This document shows positions 63,941-64,000 of a DNA stretch of 64,000 bases, one piece after another (within the stretch, counting starts at the first letter, position 1; the number at the start of each line of letters is the position of its first letter). A program made the position numbers and the translations under genes. This DNA comes from Gammaproteobacteria bacterium. GTDB taxonomy: Bacteria > Pseudomonadota > Gammaproteobacteria > Steroidobacterales > Steroidobacteraceae. The stretch is taken from assembly GCA_028293765.1 (NCBI GenBank), contig JAQGOG010000045.1:22856-86855 (forward strand). Direction: 5' to 3'. The notes below the pieces were generated by a model. That model did no database searches. It was not told the origin of the DNA and saw only the letters and a program-made list of their open reading frames with translations.

Positions 63941-64000
63941 GCGCAACCGTCCCCACCGCATTCGAGTTGTATTTTGCCGGCGAGCAGCAGTGCCACGGCG
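63937..64000 (+). CDS. Start of next EPS-operon gene (3' end outside the window), function unknown
   Basis: ATG 63937 overlaps the GT4 stop (ATGA). MSATVPTAFELYFAGEQQCHG... runs off the window. Confidence 0.4.
   Translation, partial: MSATVPTAFELYFAGEQQCHG

Overview
Densely coding chromosomal segment from a high-GC proteobacterium (GC judged by eye, not computed). GlrK-QseG-GlrR, PsiF and katB-ankB point to a gamma- or betaproteobacterial background. I found no rRNA, tRNA, CRISPR array or intact insertion sequence. The left ~41 kb holds mixed housekeeping, stress and catabolic genes. These include an EAL fragment, a flavoprotein, GNAT, PQQ sugar dehydrogenase, DUF4142, a DUF6496-like gene, a metallophosphoesterase and a DHA2 MFS pump. 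Next come a SWIM-SNF2 helicase with a translationally coupled unknown partner, a decayed L-rhamnose locus (rhaI', 'FGGY kinase, rhaM), psiF and DUF885. A fluoride riboswitch-crcB-DUF190 unit follows, then pip, paaY-like plus enoyl-CoA hydratase, and a GntR regulator next to an IlvD/Edd sugar-acid dehydratase. Further on are divergent hemH and katB-ankB, a methyltransferase, a sugar porter, ybdK, a 4xPAS-GGDEF-EAL protein, srkA, galE and a glrK-qseG-glrR operon. The right ~22 kb (41.7-64 kb) is a large exopolysaccharide locus. It has a ~11.6 kb minus-strand operon: Wza-like exporter, OM beta-barrel, Wzz/GumC co-polymerase, BY-kinase-like ATPase, two GT2, a GT-C-like polytopic protein, GtrB-like GT2, GtrA and a heparinase II/III-like protein. 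It also has a divergent plus-strand operon (GT4, GT4, bi-domain oxidoreductase, GT4, and more beyond the window), plus a Wzx-like flippase, an O-methyltransferase, another GT4 and an SDR epimerase. The observations most worth a second look are listed here. (1) An orphan tnpB 3' fragment with hairpin-rich sequence makes up the entire regulator-dehydratase spacer. (2) Two 5'-truncated rhamnose genes are fused head to head, which looks like a deletion scar. (3) A Gtr-type periplasmic glycosylation module, a GT-C-like protein with an unassigned C-terminal domain, and a signal-less heparinase-like protein sit inside the EPS export operon. (4) The SWIM-SNF2 helicase is coupled to an unknown 436-aa partner. 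(5) GlrK-QseG-GlrR lies between galE and the EPS locus with no room for a glmY-like sRNA. All functional calls rest on motifs and remembered family resemblance, because no searches were run.
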